DNA from: an uncultured Chloroflexia bacterium
Lineage (GTDB): Bacteria > Chloroflexota > Dehalococcoidia > DSTF01 > JALHUB01
Direction: 5' to 3'
Assembly: GCA_963703345.1 (NCBI GenBank)
Contig: OY969814.1
Coordinates: forward strand, 1,600,001-1,664,000
Length of the DNA stretch: 64,000 nt
Every line of letters begins with the position of its first letter. Position 1 is the first letter of the stretch. A program made the translations under genes and the position numbers. Below are positions 28,212 to 38,668 of the stretch, piece after piece. A model generated the notes under the pieces. It did not search any database. It had not been told where the DNA came from and worked only from the letters and a program-made list of their open reading frames with translations.

Positions 28212-29414
28212 CTATGCTCCGTACTTGGTCAATCGTTGGGCGTTGGCAAGCGCCAGCGGCAATACAGCGGTCGCGGGCATCAGGCCCAGGCCGCCAGCGC
28301 GACAGCTATTCTCGTCGAAGGCTTCTACCCTGTCGGGGCGGCACCAGCGGGCGGCGATGACGAAGGGTACAGGGTGCCAACTATGGCCGGCCAGCAGCGA
28401 AGGGGTGGAGTGATCGCCGGCGACCATGAAGACGTCCGGGGCTAGCCCGCGCAGACGGGGGATGATGCAGTCGACCTCCTCCAGCGCGGCTACCTTTGCC
28501 GCGTAATCGCCGTCTTCGCCGCGGGAATCGGTCGTCTTGTAGTGGATGAAGAGAAAGTCGAAGTCCTGGTAGCGCTCCTCAAGCGTGGCCACCTCGTCCT
28601 CGATGGTCATCCCGGTCGGCAGGACCGTCATGCCGACGAGCTTGGCCAGGCCGCGGTACATGGGGTAGACGGCGACGGCGGCGGCGTTGAGGCCGAAGAC
28701 GTCGCCCATGTGCGGGATGTCCGGCCACCTGGAGAAGCCGCGCAGGAGCAGCCCGTTGGCGGGATGCTTGTCGGCGAGGCGCTTGGCGGCCTGCGCGATG
28801 AAGTCGTTGACAAGCTTGGCTGTCGCCTCCGCCTCCGGACGCTCTGCCTTCGCGGGCAGGGGCGGGACGCCGAGGCGCTGCGGGTCGGTGTCGGCGATGG
28901 CGCCGTCGAGCCCCTTGCCGCGCAGGACGACGAGGAAGCGGTGCTCGCGGACCGGCAGGACGAATACTTCGACGCCGGGCAGCGAGATGCTATGCAGGTC
29001 TTCGCAGAGAGCGGCGCAGGTCTCGGTGCTGATGCGCCCGGCACGCCTGTCGGTAATGCGCCCGTCGGAGCCGACGGTGCAGAAGTTGCCGCGGGCGGCC
29101 AGGTCTTCGCGGCGAAGATCGAAGTCGATGCCTAGCGCCTCGAGAACGCCGCGACCGACGTTGTACTTCAGCGGGTCGTAGCCGAAGAGGGCGAGATGGC
29201 CGGGACCGCTGCCGGGCGTGATGCCGGTACCCACCGGCACCGTTAACCCGCAGAGGCCGTCGGAGGCGAGGCGGTCCAGGTGGATCGTGTTCGCCTCCTC
29301 GAGCTCCGAACGGCCGGTCTCGGGACGGGGCAGGCCACCGAGGCCGTCGATGACCAGCAGGATGATCTTGCTGTCGTTCTTCACGACCAGCTCACGAATC
29401 ACGTCGAGGTTCAT
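28212..29414 (-). CDS. apgM: 2,3-bisphosphoglycerate-independent phosphoglycerate mutase (ApgM type)
   Basis: DGLGG, PGSGPGHLALFGYDP, GRGVLEALG, GDHSTP. Confidence 0.9.
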   Translation of the reverse strand: MNLDVIRELVVKNDSKIILLVIDGLGGLPRPETGRSELEEANTIHLDRLASDGLCGLTVPVGTGITPGSGPGHLALFGYDPLKYNVGRGVLEALGIDFDLRREDLAARGNFCTVGSDGRITDRRAGRISTETCAALCEDLHSISLPGVEVFVLPVREHRFLVVLRGKGLDGAIADTDPQRLGVPPLPAKAERPEAEATAKLVNDFIAQAAKRLADKHPANGLLLRGFSRWPDIPHMGDVFGLNAAAVAVYPMYRGLAKLVGMTVLPTGMTIEDEVATLEERYQDFDFLFIHYKTTDSRGEDGDYAAKVAALEEVDCIIPRLRGLAPDVFMVAGDHSTPSLLAGHSWHPVPFVIAARWCRPDRVEAFDENSCRAGGLGLMPATAVLPLALANAQRLTKYGA

Positions 29415-29432
29415 AGCGTCTCCAACGGATCG

Positions 29433-29457
29433 CGGGAGGACTGAAGTCCTCCCCTAC
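29433..29457 (-). repeat. GTAG-type REP palindrome GTAGGGGAGGACTTCAGTCCTCCCG
   Basis: Identical 25-mer at 61119-61143. Confidence 0.8.
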
Positions 29458-29483
29458 GAGGTATTTGCGCGATATCGTATGCG

Positions 29484-30683
29484 TCATTTCTTGTCCATGA
29501 GGGCGGCGACGCCCGGGAGCGTCTTGCCTTCCAGGTACTCCAAGGTGGCGCCGCCGCCGGTGGAGACGTGAGTGAACTTGTCCTCCAGGCCGGCCTCGTG
29601 GATGAGCGCGACCGTCTCGCCGCCGCCGACGATGGTCGTCGCCTTGTGGAGCTCGGCGAGCGCCTCCGCGAGGGCCAGCGAGCCCTCGGCGAAGGCCGGG
29701 TACTCCGCTACGCCGACGGGACCGTTCCAGAGGACCGTCATGCAGTCTTGGAGCGCCTCGCGGAAGCTGGAGACGGTATCAGGGCCGACGTCGACGATGC
29801 GCATGTCGCGCGGTATGTCTTCTACGGACACCGTCTCGGAGAGAGCGTCTTCGGCGATCCGGTCGGCGACGACGACGTCCTCGGGCAGGAAGAGCGGTAT
29901 GCCTTTATCGTCGGCCTGGCGCATGAGGTCGCGGGCGGTGTCTAGCTGCTCGTCCTCGACGAGCGACTGGCCGACTTCGACGCCGTTCGCCTTCAGCAGC
30001 GTCGAGGCCATGCCACCGCCGATGAGAAGGCAATCGATGCGCGACAGGAGGTTGCGGAGGACGCCGATCTTGGTGCTGATCTTGGCGCCGCCGATGATGG
30101 CCGCAAAGGGACGGGCCGGGTTGTGTAGCGCCTTATCCAGGTAGTCGATCTCCTTCTCCATGAGGAGGCCGGCGACGGCGGGCAGGTAGGCGGCAACGCC
30201 GACGGTGGAGGCGTGGGCACGGTGAGCCGTGCCAAAGGCATCGTTGACGAAGACGTCGGCGAGCTCCGCCAGGGCGTGGGACATCTTGGGGTCGTTCGCC
30301 TCTTCTTCGGGGAAGAAGCGGACGTTTTCCAGGAGGACCACGTCGCCGGGCTTCATCGCCTTGGTCGCTTCGACGGCTTTGGGGCCGATGACGTGGTAGA
30401 GCGTGTGGACGGGCGCGCCCAGGAGCTGGCTCAGCCGGTCGCCGATGCCCACGCGGGACATGCGCAGCTCCTCGACGACCTTGCCGTCGGGCCGGTCGAG
30501 GTGGGAGCAGAGGATGACGGCTGCGCCGTGGTCACGCAGGTACTGGATGGTCGGCAGGGCGGCGCGCAGGCGGCTGTCGTCGAGGATGCGGCCGGTCTCT
30601 TCGTCGAACGGAACGTTGAAATCGACGCGAACGAGGACGCGTTTGCCCTGAACATCGATGTCGCGGACTGTCATCTTGTTCAT
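29484..30683 (-). CDS. pgk: phosphoglycerate kinase
   Basis: VRVDFNVP, LLENVRF, DAFGTAHRAH, STGGGA. Confidence 0.97.
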   Translation of the reverse strand: MNKMTVRDIDVQGKRVLVRVDFNVPFDEETGRILDDSRLRAALPTIQYLRDHGAAVILCSHLDRPDGKVVEELRMSRVGIGDRLSQLLGAPVHTLYHVIGPKAVEATKAMKPGDVVLLENVRFFPEEEANDPKMSHALAELADVFVNDAFGTAHRAHASTVGVAAYLPAVAGLLMEKEIDYLDKALHNPARPFAAIIGGAKISTKIGVLRNLLSRIDCLLIGGGMASTLLKANGVEVGQSLVEDEQLDTARDLMRQADDKGIPLFLPEDVVVADRIAEDALSETVSVEDIPRDMRIVDVGPDTVSSFREALQDCMTVLWNGPVGVAEYPAFAEGSLALAEALAELHKATTIVGGGETVALIHEAGLEDKFTHVSTGGGATLEYLEGKTLPGVAALMDKK

Positions 30684-30854
30684 CGGTTCCCTCCGTCGAG
30701 CGTCCCACTGCAAGCCGCTGCGGGCCGGGGCCTCTGGCTGCCCTCAGCCTAAATGCTGGGGCACGGGAGTGCAAGGTTCGACTTCTTGACACGGCGGCCT
30801 GAAGCTTGCCCGCTGGCAGGCAGGGACGCGGCATTGAATCCGGTTCCATGCACG

Positions 30855-30934
30855 TTAGGTCTGGCGGTTGACGAAGTAATCGGCGAGAAGCCGGAGGTCG
30901 CGACGGCGCGCGGGGACGAGGTCAAGCGCGTCGA
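30855..30934 (-). repeat. diverged duplicate of the 3' end of the polyprenyl synthetase gene
   Basis: 31 bp identical to 31073-31103; DALDLVPARRRDL...YFVNRQT* vs DALDLVPARRHDL...YFVSRET*. Confidence 0.85.
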
Positions 30935-30972
30935 ATGAGGCGGGGCGCTTGGGCGAGATCAGGAGAACCACT

Positions 30973-30997
30973 CTGAGGGTTGAAACCCTCAGCTTAC
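30973..30997 (-). repeat. REP-like palindrome CTGAGGG-TTGAAA-CCCTCAG, the empty form of the IS1595 target
   Basis: The same palindrome is split by the IS at 40611-42354. Confidence 0.8.
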
Positions 30998-31023
30998 GGG
31001 GGATAGCCGAGAGGTGGGTCAGG

Positions 31024-32058
31024 CTATGTTTCGCGGCTGACGAAATAGCGCGCAAGACGGTCCAGGTCGTGGCGGCGCGCGGGGACGAGGTCAAGCGCGT
31101 CGAGGAGGCGCAGGGCATCGGCGGCGAAGCGTTCGGCAGTTTCCTGAGCGCACACGCGGGCGCCGGAGCGCTCCAGGATCGCGACGGCCTGCGAAACATC
31201 GTCGTCGGTCAGCGCCTCCTTCGCGTAGATGGCGCGGAGGGAGGTGCGGTCGGACGGCGGCGCGTTCTCCAGCGCGTGGACGACGGGGAAGGATTTCTTG
31301 CGGGTGCGGACGTCGTCGCCGGTGGGCTTGCCGGTCTCCGCGCTGGCGCCCCAGATGCCGAGGACGTCGTCGCGAATCTGGAAGGCGAGGCCCAGCTTCT
31401 CGCCGAACTGCTCGAAGGCGCTCACGGCGGCAGGCGAGGCTTCGCCGACGAGGGCGCCGCTTCCCGCTGCGGCGGCGATGAGCGCGGCGGTCTTGCCGGA
31501 GACCATCGCCAGGTAGTCGTCGGCGGTTACGTCGAGGCGCTTTTCCAGGGCGAGGTCGAGGTACTGGCCCTCGCAGAGGCGCAGGGAAGCGGTGTCGAGG
31601 AGGCGGGCCACCGCCGCGAAGCGCCGGGCATCGACGTCAAGGTCGAGCAGGCGGTGCAACGCGACGTGGGCCAGCGCGAACATGCCGTCGCCAGCGTTGA
31701 CGGCGAGAGGGACGCCCCAGGCGCGCCAGAGGGTATCGCGGCCGTGGCGACGCGGGCTGCCGTCCTCGATATCGTCGTGGATGAGACTGAAGTTGTGCAG
31801 GAGCTCCAGCGCGGCCGCCAGGGGAAGCGCCGCCTCGGTGTCGCCGCCGACGGCCTCGCAGGCGCAGAGGCAGAGCAGGGGGCGGACGAGCTTGCCGCGG
31901 AGAGCGCCTTCGTCGTGCTCCCAGCCCAGGTGATAGCGCATGAGGTCGTAGTGCGGCAGGTCGCGGCCTTCGAAGACGCGGCGCAGCTCGGCATCGATGC
32001 GCGGGGCGAGCCTGTCAAGCAAGGGCTGGAGCGAGACGTCTCTGTCCGGGGCTGTCAC
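31024..32058 (-). CDS. polyprenyl diphosphate synthase
   Basis: GKLVRP, HDDIED..RHG, GKTA, FQIRDD. Confidence 0.92.
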   Translation of the reverse strand: MTAPDRDVSLQPLLDRLAPRIDAELRRVFEGRDLPHYDLMRYHLGWEHDEGALRGKLVRPLLCLCACEAVGGDTEAALPLAAALELLHNFSLIHDDIEDGSPRRHGRDTLWRAWGVPLAVNAGDGMFALAHVALHRLLDLDVDARRFAAVARLLDTASLRLCEGQYLDLALEKRLDVTADDYLAMVSGKTAALIAAAAGSGALVGEASPAAVSAFEQFGEKLGLAFQIRDDVLGIWGASAETGKPTGDDVRTRKKSFPVVHALENAPPSDRTSLRAIYAKEALTDDDVSQAVAILERSGARVCAQETAERFAADALRLLDALDLVPARRHDLDRLARYFVSRET

Positions 32059-32080
32059 GTCGAAGCGCCTCTCAGGACCG

Positions 32081-32104
32081 CCGAGACTGGAAAGTCTCAG
32101 CTAC
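32081..32104 (-). repeat. GTAG-type REP palindrome (CCGAGACTGGAAAGTCTCAGCTAC)
   Basis: Related copies at 36975-36998 and 44415-44455. Confidence 0.7.
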
Positions 32105-32123
32105 ACGGTTCTTTAACGGCATT

Positions 32124-32573
32124 CTACGTGTCCGGCTGCGTTTCGAGCGCCTGGAGCTTCGCCAGGCGACGGCTGTGGCGTCCGCCTTCGAACTCGGCGG
32201 CGAGAAAGGCGTCGAGAACGTCGCGGGCCACGCCCTCGCCGATGCACCAGGCGCCGAGGCAAAGGACGTTGGCGTTCGTGTGCTGGCGGGCGCGTCGGGA
32301 GGCGAAGGTGTCGTGGCAGAGGGCGGCGCGGATGCCGCGGACCTTGTTGGCGCAGACGGTCATGCCGACGCCGTTGCTGCAGATGAGGATGCCGAGATCG
32401 GCTTCATCGCCAGCGACGGCGAGGGACAGAGGGATGGCGACGTCTGTGTAGTCGACCGGGGCCTCGCCGAGGCAGCCGAAGTCCTGGACGACATGTCCAG
32501 CGACAGCCAGGTGCTGCATTAGGACGTGCTTCAGTTGAAAGCCGCGGTGGTCGCAGCCGATGGCTATGCGCAT
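32124..32573 (-). CDS. rpiB: ribose-5-phosphate isomerase B
   Basis: GCDHRG, DY, CSNGVG, ANKVRGIRAA, FEGGRH. Confidence 0.95.
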   Translation of the reverse strand: MRIAIGCDHRGFQLKHVLMQHLAVAGHVVQDFGCLGEAPVDYTDVAIPLSLAVAGDEADLGILICSNGVGMTVCANKVRGIRAALCHDTFASRRARQHTNANVLCLGAWCIGEGVARDVLDAFLAAEFEGGRHSRRLAKLQALETQPDT

Positions 32574-32574
32574 T

Positions 32575-33222
32575 CTAGTCGCCTCCGAGTTCGAACCTGA
32601 CGCCGGCCGCGGCCTCCAGGTCGTCGCGGGAGAGGACGCCTTCGCGCAGGATACGCGGCGGCTCGACCGTAAGGTCCACCACCGTCGATTCTACGCCGAT
32701 TGGCGCGGAGCCGCCGTCGATGATTATGTCGACTTCTTCGCCCAGTTGCCCCTCGACCTCAGCAGCCGTCCGAGGCGGCGGCTCGCCGGAGCGGTTGGCG
32801 CTGGTGCCGCTCATCGGCCTTCCCAGCGAGCGGATGAGCGCCAGCGGGACGGGGTGATCAGGCGCACGCAGGGCGACGGTGTCGCCGCCAGCGAGGGCGA
32901 GGGAATGGAACGTCTCGGCGCGCTTCATGACGAGGGTGAGCGCGCCCGGCCAGTAGCGAGAGGCTAACTTTAGCGCTAAGGGAGGCATCTCTTGGACCAA
33001 CTCACTTGCCTGGTCGGTGCCGAGTACCAGAATCGGGAGAGGTGCATCGAGGGGGCGCCTTTTAGCTTGGAATAGCATCCGCACTGCTTCGTCGTTCGTG
33101 GCGTCGGCGCCGAGGCCGTAGAGAGTGTCGGTTGGAAACGCCACCAGCTTTCCCTGCCTTACGGCGTCGACAGCGGCGGTCAAGGCCGCATCGCGAGATT
33201 CGCTCCAATTGAGAATGCGCAT
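32575..33222 (-). CDS. tsaC: L-threonylcarbamoyladenylate synthase (TsaC/Sua5 domain)
   Basis: [26 protein letters not shown]. Confidence 0.92.
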   Translation of the reverse strand: MRILNWSESRDAALTAAVDAVRQGKLVAFPTDTLYGLGADATNDEAVRMLFQAKRRPLDAPLPILVLGTDQASELVQEMPPLALKLASRYWPGALTLVMKRAETFHSLALAGGDTVALRAPDHPVPLALIRSLGRPMSGTSANRSGEPPPRTAAEVEGQLGEEVDIIIDGGSAPIGVESTVVDLTVEPPRILREGVLSRDDLEAAAGVRFELGGD

Positions 33223-33361
33223 AGGCAAAAAGATGAAAGGGAGGCTCCCCTTTCTTGACGCCAGTATAGCACGCTGGTATGGTGGTGTCACGGCATCGGC
33301 GTGGGCGGACGGCTTTCCGCCCCCAACACATTCAATCCCCCTTTCGGCGCAAAACCAGGCG

Positions 33362-35032
33362 ATGGACGAATCTGAGAGCAGCGGCTACCGCGTTCCCACC
33401 AGCGACGACATCGAGGTGTCGACGTACCTGGAGATCGCGCGCGAGAAGGGCGGCGAGCAACCGGTCCTCAGCGAAGAGCCGCCCGGCGCCGGCCCGGAGA
33501 CCATCGTCGTCATCGACTTCGGGTCGCAGTACAGCATGCTCATCGCCCGGCGCATCCGCGAGTGCAACGTTTACTGTGAGATCGTGCCGCACACGGCCGT
33601 CTGGCAGGACGTGTCGCGACTCAACGTGAAGGGGTTCGTCCTCTCCGGCGGCCCGGCCAGCGTCTACGTCGAGAAGGCGCCGCTGGCGCCGCCGTTCATC
33701 TTCGAGAAGGGCTTCCCCGTTCTCGGCATCTGCTACGGGATGCAACTGATCGCGCACCAGCTCGGCGGGCGCGTGACTCCGAGCGACAAGCATGAATACG
33801 GCCACACGATCATCCACCAGTCGGAGCCGTCGGAGCTTTTCGCGGACCTGCCGCCGGCGATCCCCGTCTGGATGAGCCACGGCGACCGCATCGCGCAGAT
33901 GCCTTCTGGCTTCCATTCGCTGGCCTACACCGATAACTCGCCGGTGGCCGTGATGGGGAACGAGCACGGCATGCTGGGGCTACAGTTCCACCCGGAGGTC
34001 GTGCACACGCCGCAGGGCAAGCAGATCATCCGCAACTTCCTCTACCGCGTCTGCGGCTGCCGCGGCGATTGGACGCCTTCGAACTTCGTGACGGAGAGCA
34101 TGGAGCGCATCCGCGAGCAGGTCGGCGATGGGCGCGTCATCTGCGCCCTCTCCGGCGGGGTCGACTCGGCGGTTGCGGCGACGCTGGTGCACCAGGCGGT
34201 CGGCGACCAGCTCACCTGCATCTTCGTCAACAACGGCCTGCTGCGTCGCGAGGAGCCGGAGCGCGTTCTCGACACCTTCCGGCGCAATCTGAAGATGAAC
34301 CTGGTCTACGTCGACGCGACGGAGCGCTTTCTTGCGACGCTGGCCGGCGTCGTCGACCCGGAGACGAAGCGGCACCGCGTCGGCGAGGAGTTCATCCGCG
34401 TCTTCGAAGAGGAGGCGGGCAAGCTGGGCCGCGTCGACTTCATGGTCCAGGGGACGACGTACCCCGACGTCATCGAGAGCGCGTCTTCGCCGACGGGCGA
34501 CGGGGCAGCGGCGAAGATCAAGACGCATCACAACGTCGGCGGGCTGCCCAGCCACATGACCTTAAGGCTCATCGAGCCGCTGCGACACCTGTTCAAGGAT
34601 GAGGTGCGTCAGGTGGGACTGGCGGTCGGACTGCCGGAGGAGATGGTGTACCGTCAGCCGTTCCCGGGGCCGGGCCTTTCGATCCGGATCATCGGCGAGG
34701 TGACGCCGGAGAAGCTGGAGACGCTGCGGGCCTGCGACTGGGTGGTGATGAACGAGATCAAGAAGGCGGGGCTCTACCGCGAACTGTGGCAGGCGTTCGC
34801 TGTACTGACGGACAGTCGCAGCGTGGGCGTGATGGGCGACTTCCGCACGTATGGGCACGTGGTGGCGCTACGGCTGGTGACGGCGGAGGACGCGATGACG
34901 GCGGACTGGGCGCGGCTTCCGTACGACCTGCTGGCGCGGATTTCGACTCGAATCGTGAACGAGGTGCCGACGGTGAACCGGGTGGTGTATGACATCACGT
35001 CGAAGCCGCCGGGCACGATTGAGTGGGAGTAG
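33362..35032 (+). CDS. guaA: GMP synthase (glutamine-hydrolysing)
   Basis: [31 protein letters not shown]; start codon uncertain. Confidence 0.97.
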   Translation: MDESESSGYRVPTSDDIEVSTYLEIAREKGGEQPVLSEEPPGAGPETIVVIDFGSQYSMLIARRIRECNVYCEIVPHTAVWQDVSRLNVKGFVLSGGPASVYVEKAPLAPPFIFEKGFPVLGICYGMQLIAHQLGGRVTPSDKHEYGHTIIHQSEPSELFADLPPAIPVWMSHGDRIAQMPSGFHSLAYTDNSPVAVMGNEHGMLGLQFHPEVVHTPQGKQIIRNFLYRVCGCRGDWTPSNFVTESMERIREQVGDGRVICALSGGVDSAVAATLVHQAVGDQLTCIFVNNGLLRREEPERVLDTFRRNLKMNLVYVDATERFLATLAGVVDPETKRHRVGEEFIRVFEEEAGKLGRVDFMVQGTTYPDVIESASSPTGDGAAAKIKTHHNVGGLPSHMTLRLIEPLRHLFKDEVRQVGLAVGLPEEMVYRQPFPGPGLSIRIIGEVTPEKLETLRACDWVVMNEIKKAGLYRELWQAFAVLTDSRSVGVMGDFRTYGHVVALRLVTAEDAMTADWARLPYDLLARISTRIVNEVPTVNRVVYDITSKPPGTIEWE

Positions 35033-35037
35033 AGTAG

Positions 35038-35089
35038 TTCAGGGGGACACCCCCTGAACCCCCGGCAGAGGGAAACCCTCTGCACTCCC
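35038..35089 (-). repeat. dispersed double-hairpin repeat, copy 2
   Basis: GGGAGTGCAGAGGGTTTCCCTCTGCCGGGGGTTCAGGGGGTGTCCCCCTGAA on the minus strand. Confidence 0.75.
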
Positions 35090-35202
35090 GGTTGTCCGCC
35101 GCCCTCCCGGGCCGAAGATTCCGAACGGTATTGCCCATCGTGTGGAGAGCCGCTACCATCATGACGGCAGGACGCTAGTACCCCATTCGGTAGAGGAAGC
35201 GG

Positions 35203-36495
35203 TTGCGAGTTCTCATCGTCGGCTCCGGCGCGCGTGAGCACGCCCTCGCCTGGAAGCTGCGCCAGTCGCCGCGCCTCGACGCCCTCTACGTCTCCCCCGG
35301 GAACGCCGGCACGGCCCAGATCGCGGACAACCTCTCGGTCAAGGCGAACAACGTCGAAGGCATCGTGCGCACGGCGCAGGAGCAGGCGATCGACCTCGTC
35401 GTCGTCGGGCCGGAGGAGCCGCTCACGCTCGGGCTCGTCGACCGGTTGGAGGGCGCGGGCATCGCCGCTTTCGGGCCGAGCAAGGCGGCGACGGAGATCG
35501 AGGCGAGCAAGGTGTTCGCCAAGGAGCTGATGGTCCGACACGGCATTCCCACCGCGCAACACCGCAGCTTCGATTCGATACTGGAGGCTGGCACGTATAT
35601 CGCCGAGCACCGCGAGCCGCTGGTCATCAAGGCGGACGGGCTGGCCGCCGGCAAGGGGGCGATACTGACGCGCGACTCGGCCGAGGCGCTGGAGGTGGCC
35701 GACGCGTTGCTCTGCGACCGCGTCTTCGGTGACGCCGGCGCGCGCATCGTCGTCGAGGAGCGGCTGAGCGGGCGCGAGACGTCGGCGCAGGCGTTTAGCG
35801 ACGGCAGCAGCGTCGTGCCGATGCCGCTGTCGTGCGACCACAAGGCAGTCTTCGACTACGACGAGGGTCCGAACACGGGCGGCATGGGCGCCTACAGCCC
35901 GCCCGGCTGGCTGCCCCGCGAGACAGTCGACTGGATAGACGAGCACATCACGCGCGCTACCGTGCGGGCGATGGCGGAAGAGGGTCGGCTGTACCGCGGC
36001 GTCATCTATCCCGGGCTGCTGGTGACGGAGAGCGGGCCGCACGTCCTGGAGTATAACTGTCGCTTCGGCGACCCGGAGACGCAGGCGATACTGCCCCGCC
36101 TGGAGAGCGACCTGCTGGACGTGCTGTGGGCGGTGGCGACCGGACGGCTGCACGAGGCGAGCGTCGAATGGCGCGGCGAGGCGTGCGTGGCGGTGGTGCT
36201 CGCTTCCGGCGGCTACCCGGGCAAGTATGAGACGGGCTTCCCCATCGAGGGGCTGGACGATATCGACGACGATGTTATGCTGTTCCACGCCGGCACGAAG
36301 ACGGACGAGGACGGCCGGATCGCGACGAGCGGCGGGCGCGTACTCACCGTGTCAGCGCTGGGCGCGACGCTGGAGGAAGCGCGTCGGAAGGCGTACGCGA
36401 ACGTGGAGCGCATCCGCTGGCCGGGCATGCACTACCGGACGGATGTCGGCGGGCGGCGGCAGCGTCCGCGTCCGGAATGGCTGGAGATACCGTGA
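35203..36495 (+). CDS. purD: phosphoribosylamine-glycine ligase
   Basis: GSGAREHA, KADGLAAGKG, GPNTGGMGAY, RFGDPE. Confidence 0.97.
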   Translation: MRVLIVGSGAREHALAWKLRQSPRLDALYVSPGNAGTAQIADNLSVKANNVEGIVRTAQEQAIDLVVVGPEEPLTLGLVDRLEGAGIAAFGPSKAATEIEASKVFAKELMVRHGIPTAQHRSFDSILEAGTYIAEHREPLVIKADGLAAGKGAILTRDSAEALEVADALLCDRVFGDAGARIVVEERLSGRETSAQAFSDGSSVVPMPLSCDHKAVFDYDEGPNTGGMGAYSPPGWLPRETVDWIDEHITRATVRAMAEEGRLYRGVIYPGLLVTESGPHVLEYNCRFGDPETQAILPRLESDLLDVLWAVATGRLHEASVEWRGEACVAVVLASGGYPGKYETGFPIEGLDDIDDDVMLFHAGTKTDEDGRIATSGGRVLTVSALGATLEEARRKAYANVERIRWPGMHYRTDVGGRRQRPRPEWLEIP

Positions 36496-36956
36496 ACGAG
36501 CCCATCGTTGCCGTTGTTATGGGGTCGAAGTCGGACGCGCCGACGATGCAGGAGTGCCTCGACACGCTCGACAAGCTGGGCATCGCCTACGAGACGGCCG
36601 TCATGTCGGCGCACCGCACGCCGGACAAGGTGCGGGAGTTCGCGCAGGCGGCGGCGGAGCGAGGCATACGCGTCATCATCGCGGGCGCGGGCGGATCGGC
36701 GGCGCTGCCGGGCGTTATCAAAGCGTACACGGCGCTGCCGGTCATCGGCGTGCCGCTGGCGTCGAGCGACTTGAAGGGCGTCGACGCGCTGATGGCGATG
36801 GCGCAGATGCCGCCGGGAGTGCCGGTCGCGACGGTGGCCGTCGGCAAGTGGGGGGCGCGCAATGCGGCGCTGCTGGCGGCGGAGATACTGGCTGCCTGCG
36901 ACGAGTCGGTGCGCAAGGCGTACGAGGTCTATCGCCAGGGATTGGCGTCGGGTTAA
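36492..36956 (+). CDS. purE: N5-CAIR mutase
   Basis: MGSKSD, SAHRTP, QMPPGVPVATV. Confidence 0.97.
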   Translation: MNEPIVAVVMGSKSDAPTMQECLDTLDKLGIAYETAVMSAHRTPDKVREFAQAAAERGIRVIIAGAGGSAALPGVIKAYTALPVIGVPLASSDLKGVDALMAMAQMPPGVPVATVAVGKWGARNAALLAAEILAACDESVRKAYEVYRQGLASG

Positions 36957-36974
36957 ACTGAGGGCGCGGGGGTG

Positions 36975-36998
36975 CCGAGGCTGGAAAGCCTTGGCGAC
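36975..36998 (-). repeat. REP-like palindrome CCGAGGCTGGAAAGCCTTGGCGAC
   Basis: Same family as 32081-32104. Confidence 0.6.
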
Positions 36999-37058
36999 GG
37001 GATCTGCAAACCGGAACGGCACCTGGCGGGCAGGATGCTCGCCCTACGCGGGAAACCC

Positions 37059-37379
37059 ATGTTCAAGCATACTAGCGAATCCACGCCCTTCGAGATGTTC
37101 CCCGGCATCGTGCGCCGCGCGCTCTGCGGCGCCGAACGCATGACTGTGTGCGAGATCACGCTGCGCAAGGGCGCCACGGTGCCGCTGCACAGCCACGAGG
37201 ACGAGCAGGCCGGCTATGTGATCCAGGGCCGCATGCTGTTCAAGATCGGCGAGGAGGAGCGCGAGATAGGCGCGGGCTGCGGCTACCTGGCGCCGGGCGG
37301 CGTCGCCCACGCGCTGACGATCCTGGAAGACAGCGTGATCGTCGAGGTCTTTTCGCCGCCGCGCAAGGAGTACCTGTGA
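37059..37379 (+). CDS. cupin domain protein
   Basis: HSH..EQ and PGGVAH; VFSPPR. Confidence 0.85.
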   Translation: MFKHTSESTPFEMFPGIVRRALCGAERMTVCEITLRKGATVPLHSHEDEQAGYVIQGRMLFKIGEEEREIGAGCGYLAPGGVAHALTILEDSVIVEVFSPPRKEYL

Positions 37380-38668
37380 TACCAAAATACTCGCGACCGG
37401 AGATGGCCGCCATCTGGTCGGACAAGGGGAAGTACGACCGCTGGCTTGAGGTCGAGATTGCCGTCTGCGACGCCTGGGCCGAGCGCGGCGACATTCCCCA
37501 GGAGGCGGCGGAGAAGATCCGCAACGCCCGCTACAACCTTGACGACTTCGAACGCTACCTGAAGGAAATCCACCACGACGTCATCTCCTTCCTTCGCTCC
37601 GTCGCCGACAGCCTGGGCGAGGAGTCGCGGTTCGTGCACATGGGGCTGACTTCGTACGACGTCGTAGACACGGCGCTGGGCATGCAGCTCCGCGACGCCA
37701 GCGACATCCTCCAGCGCGACCTGGAAGCGCTGACCGCGGTCGTCGAGGAGAAGGCGCGGCGCTACAAGGACACGCTGATGATGGGCCGGACGCACGGCGT
37801 CCACGCCGAGCCGATAACCTTCGGGCTCAAGCTTGCCGGCTGGGTCGACGAGCTGCGCCGCAACGGCCGCCGTCTCGCCGACGCGCGCGCGGAGGTGGCG
37901 ATCGGCAAGGTGAGCGGCGCCGTCGGCAGCCACGCGACCGTGCCGCCGGAGATCGAGGAGACGGTCTGCGCGCGGCTGGGCCTGAGCATTGAGCCAATCA
38001 GCACGCAGATCGTGCAGCGCGACCGCCACGCCCGCTTCGTCACGACGCTGGCGATTCTGGCGTCGTCGCTGGAGAAGTTCGCGACGGAGGTCCGTCACCT
38101 ACAGCGGACGGAGGTGCTGGAGGTTGAGGAGCCGTTCGAGGAGGGCCAGGCGGGCTCGAGCGCGATGCCGCACAAGCGTAACCCGGAGAAGTGCGAGCGC
38201 GTCTGCGGGCTGGCGCGGGTCGTGCGGGGGTATTCGGTCACGGCGCTGGAGAACGTAGCGCTGTGGCACGAGCGCGACCTGACGGACTCGGCGCCGGAGC
38301 GCGTCATCCTGCCCGACGCCTGCCTGGTGCTGGACTACATCCTGGACCTGTTCACTTATGTAATGCGCGGCCTCCAGGTCTATGCGGACCGAATGCGCGA
38401 GAACCTGGAGCTGACGCAGGGGCTGGTCTTCACGTCGCGGGCGCTGGTGGCGCTGGTCAACAAGGGGCTCAGCCGCGAGAAGGCGTACAAGCTGATTCAG
38501 GCGTGCTCGATGCGGGCGTGGAAGGAGCGCGTTCCCCTGCGCGGCCTGCTCGAGGGCGACGCCGAAGTGTCGGCGCTGCTGTCGGCGGCGGAGCTGGACG
38601 CGATATTCGACTACAGCGTCTATACGAAGTACGTGGACGACTCCTTCCGGAGGGTGGACCTCCTTTGA
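37376..38668 (+). CDS. purB: adenylosuccinate lyase
   Basis: GRTHGVHAEP, GSSAMPHKRNP. Confidence 0.97.
   Translation: MIPKYSRPEMAAIWSDKGKYDRWLEVEIAVCDAWAERGDIPQEAAEKIRNARYNLDDFERYLKEIHHDVISFLRSVADSLGEESRFVHMGLTSYDVVDTALGMQLRDASDILQRDLEALTAVVEEKARRYKDTLMMGRTHGVHAEPITFGLKLAGWVDELRRNGRRLADARAEVAIGKVSGAVGSHATVPPEIEETVCARLGLSIEPISTQIVQRDRHARFVTTLAILASSLEKFATEVRHLQRTEVLEVEEPFEEGQAGSSAMPHKRNPEKCERVCGLARVVRGYSVTALENVALWHERDLTDSAPERVILPDACLVLDYILDLFTYVMRGLQVYADRMRENLELTQGLVFTSRALVALVNKGLSREKAYKLIQACSMRAWKERVPLRGLLEGDAEVSALLSAAELDAIFDYSVYTKYVDDSFRRVDLL

Noticed and set aside
33230-35200. purine, ZTP or PRPP riboswitch before guaA or purD
   Set aside because: No recognisable consensus; the hairpins at 35038-35089 belong to a dispersed repeat
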